A stretch of DNA of 64,000 nt, from contig URHG01000003.1 in NCBI GenBank assembly GCA_900547555.1, positions 21,297 to 85,296 of the forward strand, written 5' to 3'. Position 1 is the stretch's first letter, and every line of letters starts with the position of its first letter. The notes below the pieces were generated by a model. It saw only the letters and a list, made by a program, of their open reading frames with translations. It was not told where the DNA came from and ran no database searches. Positions 26,728 to 35,476 of this stretch are shown here, piece after piece. This DNA comes from an uncultured Porphyromonadaceae bacterium (lineage in GTDB: Bacteria; Bacteroidota; Bacteroidia; Bacteroidales; UBA11471). A program made the translations under genes and the position numbers.

Positions 26728-29082
26728 ATGAAAATCAGTAAAATACTCTTACTCCTTCCAATCTTTCTCGTCATTGCAACATCGGCAGAAGCTCAACTGC
26801 CCGACAAAGTAAAATGTTTTCCCGTTAGCCAAGTTCGGTTGACCGAAAGTCCGTTCAAACACGCACAGGATTTGGATATATGCTATCTTTTAGGATTAGA
26901 TCCGGACAGATTATTAGCACCTTATCGCAAAGAAGCCGGACTGCCGCCCAAAGCTCCCAACTACGGTAACTGGGAAAACAGCGGTCTGGACGGACATATC
27001 GGAGGTCATTATCTATCGGCTTTGTCTTACATGTACGCAGCAACCGACAATCAGGAGATAAAAGAGAGGCTGGACTACATGTTGGACGAATTGGAAGATT
27101 GTCAAGAGGCTTCGGGGGATGGATACCTTTGCGGCGTTCCGGGCGGGAAAAACATGTGGGAAGAAATAAGCCACGGAGACATACGAGCCAGCCGTTTCGA
27201 TTTAAATGGGAAATGGGTTCCGCTATACAATATACATAAAATATATGCCGGACTCCGTGACGCCTATATCCAAACAGGAAATCGAAAAGCAAAAAAAATG
27301 CTGATAAAACTCACGGATTGGATACTTCGCTTGACCTCATCACTGAATGACAGTCAAATACAAGAAATGCTCAACAGCGAACACGGCGGCTTGAACGAAA
27401 TATTCGCCGACGTCGCCCACATAACCGGCGATAACCGGTATTTGAAACTAGCACATCAATTTTCCCATCAAGAAATACTGCAACCCTTATTGAAGCATCA
27501 AGACCTGCTGACCGGCATGCATGCAAATACTCAAATTCCCAAAATCATCGGATTCAAACGCATCGCCGATGTAGAAGGGAATCGGGACTGGAACGATGCA
27601 GCCCGTTACTTTTGGGAAACTGTCGTGGAACGACGCAGTATCTCTATCGGAGGGAACAGTGTCAGGGAACACTTCAATCCGGCCGATGATTTCAGCAGCA
27701 TGTTGAGCAACGAACAAGGACCGGAAACATGCAACACTTACAATATGCTCCGTCTGACAAAAATGCTGTACGAGACAAGCGCCGATGTCAAATTGGTCGA
27801 TTACTACGAACGAGCTCTTTATAACCATATCCTTTCTTCACAAAATCCCGTACAAGGCGGATTTGTATATTTTACGCCGATGCGTCCGGGACACTATCGC
27901 GTATATTCACAACCCCAAACCAGTTTTTGGTGTTGTGTCGGCTCCGGTCTCGAAAATCACGCCAAGTATGGAGAAATGATTTACGGATATAACGACAAAA
28001 CTCTATATGTCAATCTTTTTATCCCGTCCACATTGCAATGGGGCAATACTGAAATTATACAGCAAACACTTTTTCCCGAAGAAGAGGGTACGACGATAAC
28101 CATTCGTCCCCGAAACGGGAAAAAGAAGTTTACCCTCTGCCTCCGCTTACCCGGTTGGACAAAACAGGAAGAGTTACACCTATCGGTCAACGATATTCCT
28201 CAAAAAATAATGGTCAAAGACGGATACATATATCTGACCCGAACGTGGTCGAAAAATGATAAAGTCCGACTAAGCATGCCCATGCATCTATACACTGTCG
28301 GATTACCGGATAAATCACCGAACTACTCCTTCTTATACGGGCCGGTCGTTTTAGCCGCCCAATTAGGTAAACAAGGGCAGGACGGTCTATTCGCCGATGA
28401 CAGCCGGGGCGGACATATTGCCAACGGGAAACGCCTTCCATTACAAAACATGCCGGTCATTGTAGGCGATACCTCCCATATTTTATCCCATATAAAAAAG
28501 GATGGCGATAAGCCTCTGACATTCAAATTAACCGGTATCTATCCGGAGAAATACGACGGAATGATATTGCAACCTTTTTACCGCTTATACGAATGCCGGT
28601 ATATGGTATATTGGCCTATACTCTCGGAAAAAGAGTTGCAAACGCACATAAGTTTGTTGACAGAAAAAGAAAAAAGGCGTGCCGCACTGGACTCTATCAC
28701 GACAGATAAAGTTATCTGCGGAGAACAGCAACCCGAAAACGACCATTTCATAAGCATGGAAAAATCCCGTATTGGAGACGATGAAGGTACGCATTGGCGA
28801 GAGACAAACAATTGGTTCTCCTATCGCATGAAGACCGGAGAAAAAAATGCAAATAAAGTATATATTCTATTCCGGCCGGAATTCAGACGCGATGCACGCA
28901 TAGAAATTAATGGAAAGGATGTGGGAAAATTGACCGACCGCCGGCAATTGTCCGACGTATCCGTTGCAGAATTCGATATACCCGAACCTTTGAGATCTCA
29001 AAACGAGCTAACCGTAAAGATATGTAAAGGCAACGAAAAAGTAACCCCTCATATCTACGAGATACGCCTCATCTGCCGGTAA
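26728..29082 (+). CDS. Secreted DUF1680 / GH127-type beta-L-arabinofuranosidase family glycoside hydrolase
   Basis: 784 aa with signal peptide MKISKILLLLPIFLVIATSAEAQ. Family motifs HGGLNE, GPETCNTYN (the Glu-x-Cys Zn ligands) and FWCCVGSGLENHAKY (the Cys-Cys pair that includes the nucleophile in HypBA1) are present. Confidence 0.8.
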   Translation: MKISKILLLLPIFLVIATSAEAQLPDKVKCFPVSQVRLTESPFKHAQDLDICYLLGLDPDRLLAPYRKEAGLPPKAPNYGNWENSGLDGHIGGHYLSALSYMYAATDNQEIKERLDYMLDELEDCQEASGDGYLCGVPGGKNMWEEISHGDIRASRFDLNGKWVPLYNIHKIYAGLRDAYIQTGNRKAKKMLIKLTDWILRLTSSLNDSQIQEMLNSEHGGLNEIFADVAHITGDNRYLKLAHQFSHQEILQPLLKHQDLLTGMHANTQIPKIIGFKRIADVEGNRDWNDAARYFWETVVERRSISIGGNSVREHFNPADDFSSMLSNEQGPETCNTYNMLRLTKMLYETSADVKLVDYYERALYNHILSSQNPVQGGFVYFTPMRPGHYRVYSQPQTSFWCCVGSGLENHAKYGEMIYGYNDKTLYVNLFIPSTLQWGNTEIIQQTLFPEEEGTTITIRPRNGKKKFTLCLRLPGWTKQEELHLSVNDIPQKIMVKDGYIYLTRTWSKNDKVRLSMPMHLYTVGLPDKSPNYSFLYGPVVLAAQLGKQGQDGLFADDSRGGHIANGKRLPLQNMPVIVGDTSHILSHIKKDGDKPLTFKLTGIYPEKYDGMILQPFYRLYECRYMVYWPILSEKELQTHISLLTEKEKRRAALDSITTDKVICGEQQPENDHFISMEKSRIGDDEGTHWRETNNWFSYRMKTGEKNANKVYILFRPEFRRDARIEINGKDVGKLTDRRQLSDVSVAEFDIPEPLRSQNELTVKICKGNEKVTPHIYEIRLICR

Positions 29083-29106
29083 TCATAATACACCGCTTCT
29101 CATGGT

Positions 29107-29464
29107 TGTCATTCCTCACATACGCTCGGAATCTCATATTCATCGTCTTCGGTACAGAGATTCTTCGGGATTATATCCCTCAGAATGACATTACACCACC
29201 GTAAGGATCTCAATGGATTCTTCCTCCCTTTGCGGTCATCAGAATGATAATAACTCATTCCGAGTGAAGTTGACAGGCCGACGAGGAATCCCATAAGTCC
29301 TTTGCAGAGTTATCATTCCGAGCATATGCGAGGAATCTCTAATCATCGGAGAGATTCTTCACTTCACTGTGTTCCGTTCAGAATGACATTACACTTACGC
29401 GGCATTCAGAATACAACAATTGCCATTCCGATCCGAGGTCTATCGACTCAGTGTAAGGAATCTC
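29107..29464. repeat. Mosaic array D of short structured repeat units (7 units)
   Basis: Units lie at 29107-29135, 29157-29190 (rev), 29215-29249 (rev), 29254-29292, 29311-29339, 29351-29388 (rev) and 29420-29464. The array lies between the GH127 stop codon and the terminator at 29492. Confidence 0.85.
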
Positions 29465-29477
29465 TAATTCTTCATTT

Positions 29478-29517
29478 TTTCAATAGTTACGATAGCCCGT
29501 CCTCGGCGGGCTATTTT
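29478..29517 (+). repeat. Direct repeat copy B (second copy of the carB terminator sequence)
   Basis: tttcaatagttacgatagcccgtcctcggcgggctatttt lies 2961 nt downstream of copy A. Confidence 0.9.
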
Positions 29518-29518
29518 T
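29492..29518 (+). terminator. Rho-independent terminator after the GH127 gene and array D
   Basis: Stem atagcccg / cgggctat, a 7-nt loop, then TTTTT. Confidence 0.65.
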
Positions 29519-29651
29519 CATATCGAAACACTACGATAATCCGGCAAATACCTATCTGAATTACTCCGATATGAAAAACATCTCATCACCCTTTAAACTT
29601 TATCGGGGAATATTTGTTATTAACGTATATCATCTTTAACAATATTTCATC

Positions 29652-30704
29652 ATGCATATAAAACATCTATCGGCAATTTTTCTGCTCATTGCCTTATCAT
29701 TACCTATAAGCCAAAAGACCGAAGCCTGTACACGTGCCGTATATCTGGGAGAAAACGGACTCGTCATTACAGGACGAACTATGGACTGGAAAGAAAATAT
29801 TCCTACCAATCTTTACATTTTTCCCCGAGGAATATCCCGACAGGGTTACGACATCGGAAACACCGTGCGTTGGACATCGAAATACGGCAGTATCGTAGCT
29901 TCGGGTTATGAAATGGGAACAAGCGAAGGCATGAACGAGAAAGGTCTCGTAGCAAGTATGCTGTATTTGCCCGAAACCGTTTATTCCCAGCCGGGCGATA
30001 CCCGCCCCGTTATGGGTATAAGCATTTGGGCGCAATACGTACTCGATAACTTCTCTACCGTAAGCGAAGCTGTGACGGAATTGCAAAAAGACGCATTCCG
30101 CATAGACGCACCGAGTATGCCCAACGGCTCGGCATCGACCCTGCACATGGCGATTACCGACACGACCGGCAACAGTGCCATCATCGAATATCTCGACGGA
30201 AAAATTTCGATACATGAGGGTCGGAAATACCGGGTATTGACTAACTCGCCCAGTTACGACAAACAACTGGCCATCAACGAATACTGGCAAAACATAGGAG
30301 GGCTGGAGATGCTCCCGGGTACAAACCGATCGTCCGACCGTTTTACGCGAGCCTCGTTCTACATCGGTGTACTGCCCCGTACTGCTAGCCACCGCGATGC
30401 CTTAGCCGGGATATTCGGCGTCATGCGAAACGTATCCGTACCTTTGGGTATCACAACTCCCCAACAACCGGAAATTTCATCGACCCGGTGGCGTTCCGTA
30501 TCCGACCAAACCAACAAGGTTTATTATTTCGAATCGACTCTAAGTCCGAATACATTTTGGGTAGACCTTAAAAAAATGGATTTTAATCCCAAAAGCAGTA
30601 TAAAGAAACTGACTCTGACCGATGGAGAAATCTATACAGGAGAAGCCAATCGGGCTTTCAAGCCGAGCAAGCCTTTTCAATTTCTATTCCGTTTGCCTCA
30701 ATGA
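29652..30704 (+). CDS. Secreted choloylglycine hydrolase family (linear amide C-N hydrolase, Ntn) protein, paralogue 1
   Basis: 350 aa. The signal peptide ends ..ISQKTEA and is followed directly by CTRAVYLGENGLVITGRTMDW, which is the N-terminal nucleophile Cys context of the bile-salt hydrolase / penicillin V acylase family. Confidence 0.8.
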   Translation: MHIKHLSAIFLLIALSLPISQKTEACTRAVYLGENGLVITGRTMDWKENIPTNLYIFPRGISRQGYDIGNTVRWTSKYGSIVASGYEMGTSEGMNEKGLVASMLYLPETVYSQPGDTRPVMGISIWAQYVLDNFSTVSEAVTELQKDAFRIDAPSMPNGSASTLHMAITDTTGNSAIIEYLDGKISIHEGRKYRVLTNSPSYDKQLAINEYWQNIGGLEMLPGTNRSSDRFTRASFYIGVLPRTASHRDALAGIFGVMRNVSVPLGITTPQQPEISSTRWRSVSDQTNKVYYFESTLSPNTFWVDLKKMDFNPKSSIKKLTLTDGEIYTGEANRAFKPSKPFQFLFRLPQ

Positions 30705-30767
30705 GCGATATATGTTTCTCAATCCGGGCAGTAGACCTCTGCTCTATCAAAGCAAGCCCACGCCCCC

Positions 30768-30800
30768 AAGCCTGTCATTCGTTTGACAGGCTTCATTTTT
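30768..30800 (+). terminator. Rho-independent terminator of the Ntn hydrolase gene
   Basis: 10-bp stem aagcctgtca / tgacaggctt, loop ttcgtt, then CATTTTT. Confidence 0.65.
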
Positions 30801-31035
30801 ATAGACCGAGCCAACGTCTCTATGCCCATCATTTTTTCAGGACTTGTGAAAAAGTACTCTTGTCGCCGATTCTACATAACCGTTTTATTCGCCTCCGTCA
30901 TGGCATCGATATTTGTATCAAAAGACGCAAAGAATCAAAGCAAGTGTTAAAAAATACTATTACTGTAACTTTTAGACATGGAGCGGCGTCTAATTCTAAA
31001 AAATAATTCTATTTGTTCAATAAAACTCATTCGCC

Positions 31036-31980
31036 ATGAAAAAATCAATCACCATCTTCACTACGGTTACCGCACTCTTGTTCGGCACGACATCGTGCAT
31101 TACCATCATTGCGGCATCGCCTTCCTCGGATCATTCCAATCATAAAACGATAACAGCCAGCAAGAAATACGAGACCAAAAACATTACAGCAAGTGAATTC
31201 AACGCCATATCGACCAGTTCGTCCGTAAACGTCATCTACACCCAAGCCACCGGGGAACCATCGGTCGAAATCTATGCCCCCGATAACGTAATCGACTATA
31301 TCACCGTCGAAGTAAAGGGTAAAACGCTCGTCGTCGGTATGACAAAAAACATCAGGATAAAGGGACAGCACAAAAAAGAAATACATGTCTCGGCACCCGC
31401 TGTCGATAATCTCAAAGCATCGAGTTCGGGCGACATTATTCTGAAAAACGGTCTTACCGCAACCGGAAAAATCAGTATGAAAGCAAGCAGCAGCGGCGAC
31501 ATAAAAGGTAACGATAGTATTTCCTGTACTACCCTTACCTTGTCGGCCAGCAGTTCGGGCAACATCGAACTGAAAAATATTTCCTGTACCGACTTATCGG
31601 CCCAAGCCAGTTCATCAGGAGACATCTATCTCTCGGGAAAATGTGAAAATGCAACCTATAAAGTATCGAGTTCAGGAGATATAAAAGCCAAAAACCTGAA
31701 AGCCGTAAATGTAAAGGCCGAAACCAGTTCGTCCGGAGATATCGATCTCTCGGGAGAATGCGAAAATGCGACCTACAAAGCGTCGAGTTCAGGAGATATA
31801 AAAGCCAAAAACTTGAAAGCCGTAAATGTAAAAGCCGAAACCAATTCGTCCGGAGATATCAGTTGTCATGTATCGGGTAAACTCATCGGTAAGGCATCGA
31901 GCGGTGGAGAGATTTCTTACAAAGGAAATCCCTCCGAGATCGATTTTTCGCCGAAAAAGGGATTGAAAAAAATCGATTGA
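31036..31980 (+). CDS. DUF2807-type (putative adhesin head, GIN domain) lipoprotein
   Basis: 314 aa. It has a lipobox (LFGTTSC) and nine SSSG[DN]I-type beta-helix rungs. Confidence 0.7.
   Translation: MKKSITIFTTVTALLFGTTSCITIIAASPSSDHSNHKTITASKKYETKNITASEFNAISTSSSVNVIYTQATGEPSVEIYAPDNVIDYITVEVKGKTLVVGMTKNIRIKGQHKKEIHVSAPAVDNLKASSSGDIILKNGLTATGKISMKASSSGDIKGNDSISCTTLTLSASSSGNIELKNISCTDLSAQASSSGDIYLSGKCENATYKVSSSGDIKAKNLKAVNVKAETSSSGDIDLSGECENATYKASSSGDIKAKNLKAVNVKAETNSSGDISCHVSGKLIGKASSGGEISYKGNPSEIDFSPKKGLKKID
31630..31863 (+). repeat. Tandem duplication, 2 x 117 nt, inside the DUF2807 gene
   Basis: 31630-31746 and 31747-31863 encode LSGKCENATYKVSSSGDIKAKNLKAVNVKAETSSSGDID and LSGECENATYKASSSGDIKAKNLKAVNVKAETNSSGDIS. 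Only a handful of nucleotide differences separate them. Confidence 0.9.
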
Positions 31981-32000
31981 CCATTGACCCAATTATATAA

Positions 32001-32035
32001 AAAAGTGCCGGTAAATACAATTTATCGGCACTTTT
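32001..32035 (+). terminator. Rho-independent terminator of the DUF2807 gene
   Basis: Stem aaaagtgccg / cggcactttt with a 15-nt loop. Confidence 0.55.
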
Positions 32036-32079
32036 CGAGTTTATAGAATGTACGTCCCGAAAACCGAGGATGCCTATTT

Positions 32080-33036
32080 ATGCGCATGAGATATAAAAGA
32101 TACCTGCTCCTCCTGCTGTTGGTACTGCCGAGTATGGTTCGATTGCGGGCGCAAGACGACACGCAACTGAGCCAATATTGGGCCATGCCCTCTTATTATA
32201 ACGCCGGTGCCGCAGGTATTTACGAAAAATTGAACTTACGCGCTGCCACCCGTCAACAATGGGTAGGTATGCCGGGGGCTCCAAAATCTTTTCTAGTACT
32301 GGCCGACATGCCGTTACGTTTCCTCAAAGCCGACCACGGTATAGGGCTACAACTCTCAAACGACAGTTACGGTCTTTTCAAGACGACGTCGTTCGGCATA
32401 CAATATGCTTATAAAGTAAAATTATGGAGCGGTCAGTTGAGCCTCGGACTGCAACTGGGACTTATCAGCCAAATATTCGACGGGACCGAAGTATTTATTC
32501 CCGAAAGCGACTATCACCAACAGACCGACGATGCCATACCCACGAGCGAAGTACAGGGAACGGCTTTCGATGTAGGATTCGGCGTGTACTACACGCACAA
32601 ATATTTCTATGCGGGACTGTCGTCGACCCACCTCTCCCAACCGGCAATCTCATTCGACGAAAATTACGAAAGCTCGATCACCCGCGCATATTATTTCATA
32701 GCAGGAGGCAATATTCCCCTGAGAAATGCGTTATATGAAGTGCAACCGTCGATGATGGTAAAAACGACCTTTCAAATGACGCAGGCCGAACTGACCCTGA
32801 GACTGAGATATAACCGGTTTATTTGGGGCGGACTGGCTTACCGATGGAACGAAGCGATTATTTTCATGGCCGGTTGCGAATTCAAAAATTTCCTGCTGGG
32901 ATATTCCTACGACTATTCCACCTCGGCCATACAGAAAGCGTCGAGCGGAAGCCATGAAGTATTTATCGGTTACAGCATGAAACTCGAACTATCGAAAGGA
33001 AAGAAAAACAAACATAAAAGCATAAGGATATTATAA
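32080..33036 (+). CDS. porP: PorP/SprF family type IX secretion system membrane protein
   Basis: 318 aa. A signal peptide is followed by QDDTQLSQYWAMPSYYNAGAAG, the PorP/SprF N-terminal signature. The gene lies immediately upstream of porK/gldK, as in P. gingivalis. Confidence 0.85.
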   Translation: MRMRYKRYLLLLLLVLPSMVRLRAQDDTQLSQYWAMPSYYNAGAAGIYEKLNLRAATRQQWVGMPGAPKSFLVLADMPLRFLKADHGIGLQLSNDSYGLFKTTSFGIQYAYKVKLWSGQLSLGLQLGLISQIFDGTEVFIPESDYHQQTDDAIPTSEVQGTAFDVGFGVYYTHKYFYAGLSSTHLSQPAISFDENYESSITRAYYFIAGGNIPLRNALYEVQPSMMVKTTFQMTQAELTLRLRYNRFIWGGLAYRWNEAIIFMAGCEFKNFLLGYSYDYSTSAIQKASSGSHEVFIGYSMKLELSKGKKNKHKSIRIL

Positions 33037-33038
33037 AC

Positions 33039-34460
33039 ATGTATATGAAACGATACATCTCATTCCTCGGCCTCGCCGCCATTTTGAGCGGTTGCGCCTC
33101 ATCGGGAAGTTCCAACGGAGGAGAACTCATCGGTGTGGGAGGTATGGCTTGGGGCGAACCCACTCCTTACGGCATGGTACTCGTAAAAAGAGGCTCCTTT
33201 GAAATGGGTCATAACGAAAGCGACAGTCTTTGGGGGACAAGACCCAACGCACGGTCGATTTCGGTCGATGCTTTCTGGATGGACGATACCGAAATCACCA
33301 ATTCGGAATACAAACAATTCGTTTACTGGGTACGCGACTCGATTATCCGCGAACGACTGGCCGACCCAGCTTACGGCGGAAACGAAACTTTCAAAATCGA
33401 AGAAGACCGTATGGGAAATCCGGTTACCCCTCATCTCAACTGGGCCAAAGCCATTCCCTGGCGTAACCCGACCGAAGATGAAGCGCGGGCCATCGAAAGC
33501 GTCTACCGCATCGATCCCATCTCAGGCAAGAAGGTCCTCGATGTTACCCAGCTCAATTACCGCTATGACGTGTATAACCACACCGAAGCGGCCAAACGTC
33601 GCAACCGAATGGATCCCGCCCGTCGGGTATTGAATACCGACATTACTCCGGGCAACGAAGAAATACTCATCTCGAAAGATACCGCTTTCATCAATGATGA
33701 CGGGCAGATCGTTACGCAGACCATCATACGGCAACGGCAGAGCGAATTCGATTTCCTCAACACCTATATTATCAATATCTACCCCGATACGACAGTATGG
33801 GTCAATGATTTCAACAACGCATACAACGAGCCGTATATGCGCATGTACTTCTCCCACCCGGGTTATAACGACTACCCTGTCGTCGGTGTCTCGTGGGAAC
33901 AGGCGAATGCATTCTGCGTATGGCGGACCAACCTTTTGCATTCGGCCATGACCCCCGACCGCATGACAGAACCCTATCGTCTGCCGACCGAGGCCGAATG
34001 GGAATACGCCGCCCGCGCCGGGAAAAGCGAGAACAGCTACCCATGGGACGACAATGGTACGGCCAGCGACAAAGGGTGCTTCTATGCCAACTTCAAACCG
34101 ATGAAAGGAAACTATCTGAAAGACGGAAACCTGATTACTTCGCGCGTAGGCATTTATCCGCCCAACGAATTCGGCCTCTACGACATGGCCGGGAACGTAT
34201 CGGAATGGACCTCTACCGCTTATACCGAATCGGTAGATCAATACACGAGCGATATGAATCCCGACTACCGCTACAATGCCGCCAAAGAAGATCCCTACCG
34301 CATGAAACGAAAAATCGTACGCGGAGGTTCTTGGAAAGACGTGTCGAACTTTGTCCGCTCCGATATACGCATGTGGGAGTACCAGAACGAACAACGTTCC
34401 TACATAGGTTTCCGTTGTGTCCGCACGCAAGTGGGATTTGCCAAAGGCCGTAAAAATTAA
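33039..34460 (+). CDS. porK: T9SS ring lipoprotein PorK/GldK (SUMF1/FGE-like fold)
   Basis: 473 aa. It has a lipobox (AILSGC) and FGE-sulfatase-like segments (RGGSWKD, GFRCV). Confidence 0.9.
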   Translation: MYMKRYISFLGLAAILSGCASSGSSNGGELIGVGGMAWGEPTPYGMVLVKRGSFEMGHNESDSLWGTRPNARSISVDAFWMDDTEITNSEYKQFVYWVRDSIIRERLADPAYGGNETFKIEEDRMGNPVTPHLNWAKAIPWRNPTEDEARAIESVYRIDPISGKKVLDVTQLNYRYDVYNHTEAAKRRNRMDPARRVLNTDITPGNEEILISKDTAFINDDGQIVTQTIIRQRQSEFDFLNTYIINIYPDTTVWVNDFNNAYNEPYMRMYFSHPGYNDYPVVGVSWEQANAFCVWRTNLLHSAMTPDRMTEPYRLPTEAEWEYAARAGKSENSYPWDDNGTASDKGCFYANFKPMKGNYLKDGNLITSRVGIYPPNEFGLYDMAGNVSEWTSTAYTESVDQYTSDMNPDYRYNAAKEDPYRMKRKIVRGGSWKDVSNFVRSDIRMWEYQNEQRSYIGFRCVRTQVGFAKGRKN

Positions 34461-34481
34461 CCGAAAAAACAGTTTGCCATC

Positions 34482-35459
34482 ATGGGAAAATACAAAAGAT
34501 ATAAAAACAGCATCGAAAAATTTCTCTCGGGAGACTCGGGAAAACGATTTTTCAATTTCGCATACAGCATAGGCGCCGCTATCGTTATTTGGGGCGCACT
34601 TTTCAAAATCCTGCACCTACCGGGCGGAAACGTCATGCTTTCGATAGGTATGGGAGTGGAAGTAGTGATGTTTATACTCACGGCTTTCGACCGGCCGGCC
34701 AAAGAGTATCACTGGGAAGAAGTATTCCCCGTACTGGCATCGAAAGACCCGGAAGACCGTCCCGACTTCAAAAACGGCGGCGGTATCGTCATCAACGGAA
34801 ACATGGCCGGAGAAAACAGTATTGCCGTATCGGGAGCGGAAGCCCGACGCATCGCCGGCATTCCCTCGAATATCGAGGTAAGCGAGGAAGATACGCAAAA
34901 TCTCTCGAACAGCATACAGAAACTCTCGGCCGCCGCTGACCAGATTTCCCGTATGGCCGAACTGACCGATGCCACACAGAAATATCTCGACCAAATGGCT
35001 GCCATATCGGAGCAGATGATACAATTCAGACAAGCAACACAATCGCTTACCGATGTATCGAACCTTCTGCTCGACTCCTATCGCAACATTACCGACAACA
35101 GCGACGGCATAACCAACAATACGCAGGGATATGTAGAGCAGATGGAATCGCTCAACCGCAACATCGCAGGACTGAACACCATCTACGAAATACAGTTGAA
35201 GAGCATCAGTTCGCAACTCGACAACATCGACCGCGTAAATGTGGGCTTACGAAATATACGCGAAATGTACGAAGGATCGATGCACGACAGTTCCCGTTAC
35301 TGTGAAGAGGTGGAAAAGATGACCCAGTACATGGCCCAACTCAACTCGGTATACCGCAACATGCTCACGGCCATGACTGTAAACATGTACAATCAACCCG
35401 CACGTCAGGAACAACCTCAAAACCCGAATCCGTCCGATAATACCAACGGTAACGCATAA
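34482..35459 (+). CDS. porL: T9SS motor protein PorL/GldL
   Basis: 325 aa. Two N-terminal TM helices are present, including the conserved Glu context (SIGMGVEVVMFILTAFDRP), followed by a cytoplasmic coiled region. Confidence 0.9.
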   Translation: MGKYKRYKNSIEKFLSGDSGKRFFNFAYSIGAAIVIWGALFKILHLPGGNVMLSIGMGVEVVMFILTAFDRPAKEYHWEEVFPVLASKDPEDRPDFKNGGGIVINGNMAGENSIAVSGAEARRIAGIPSNIEVSEEDTQNLSNSIQKLSAAADQISRMAELTDATQKYLDQMAAISEQMIQFRQATQSLTDVSNLLLDSYRNITDNSDGITNNTQGYVEQMESLNRNIAGLNTIYEIQLKSISSQLDNIDRVNVGLRNIREMYEGSMHDSSRYCEEVEKMTQYMAQLNSVYRNMLTAMTVNMYNQPARQEQPQNPNPSDNTNGNA

Positions 35460-35476
35460 CACCCGCAAAACGGAAT

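Noticed and set aside
29107-29464. Repeat arrays considered as possible CRISPR arrays
   Set aside because: Unit length varies from 29 to about 106 nt. Orientation alternates. Spacers are 2-30 nt and irregular. Units themselves differ in sequence subtype, and there are no cas genes. This is not CRISPR architecture.
29302-29559. 85-aa ORF (and 15342-15545, 29109-29294, 2346-2605) lying within repeat arrays
   Set aside because: These ORFs are read-through of the short repeat units, giving peptides such as ..SSLRLRCVQNDK... The same DNA occurs in both orientations and at non-coding 3' ends, so coding is implausible.
33522-34616. 364-aa minus-strand ORF across porK/porL
   Set aside because: It is antisense to two strongly supported T9SS genes and spans their intergenic gap. 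This is a shadow ORF.
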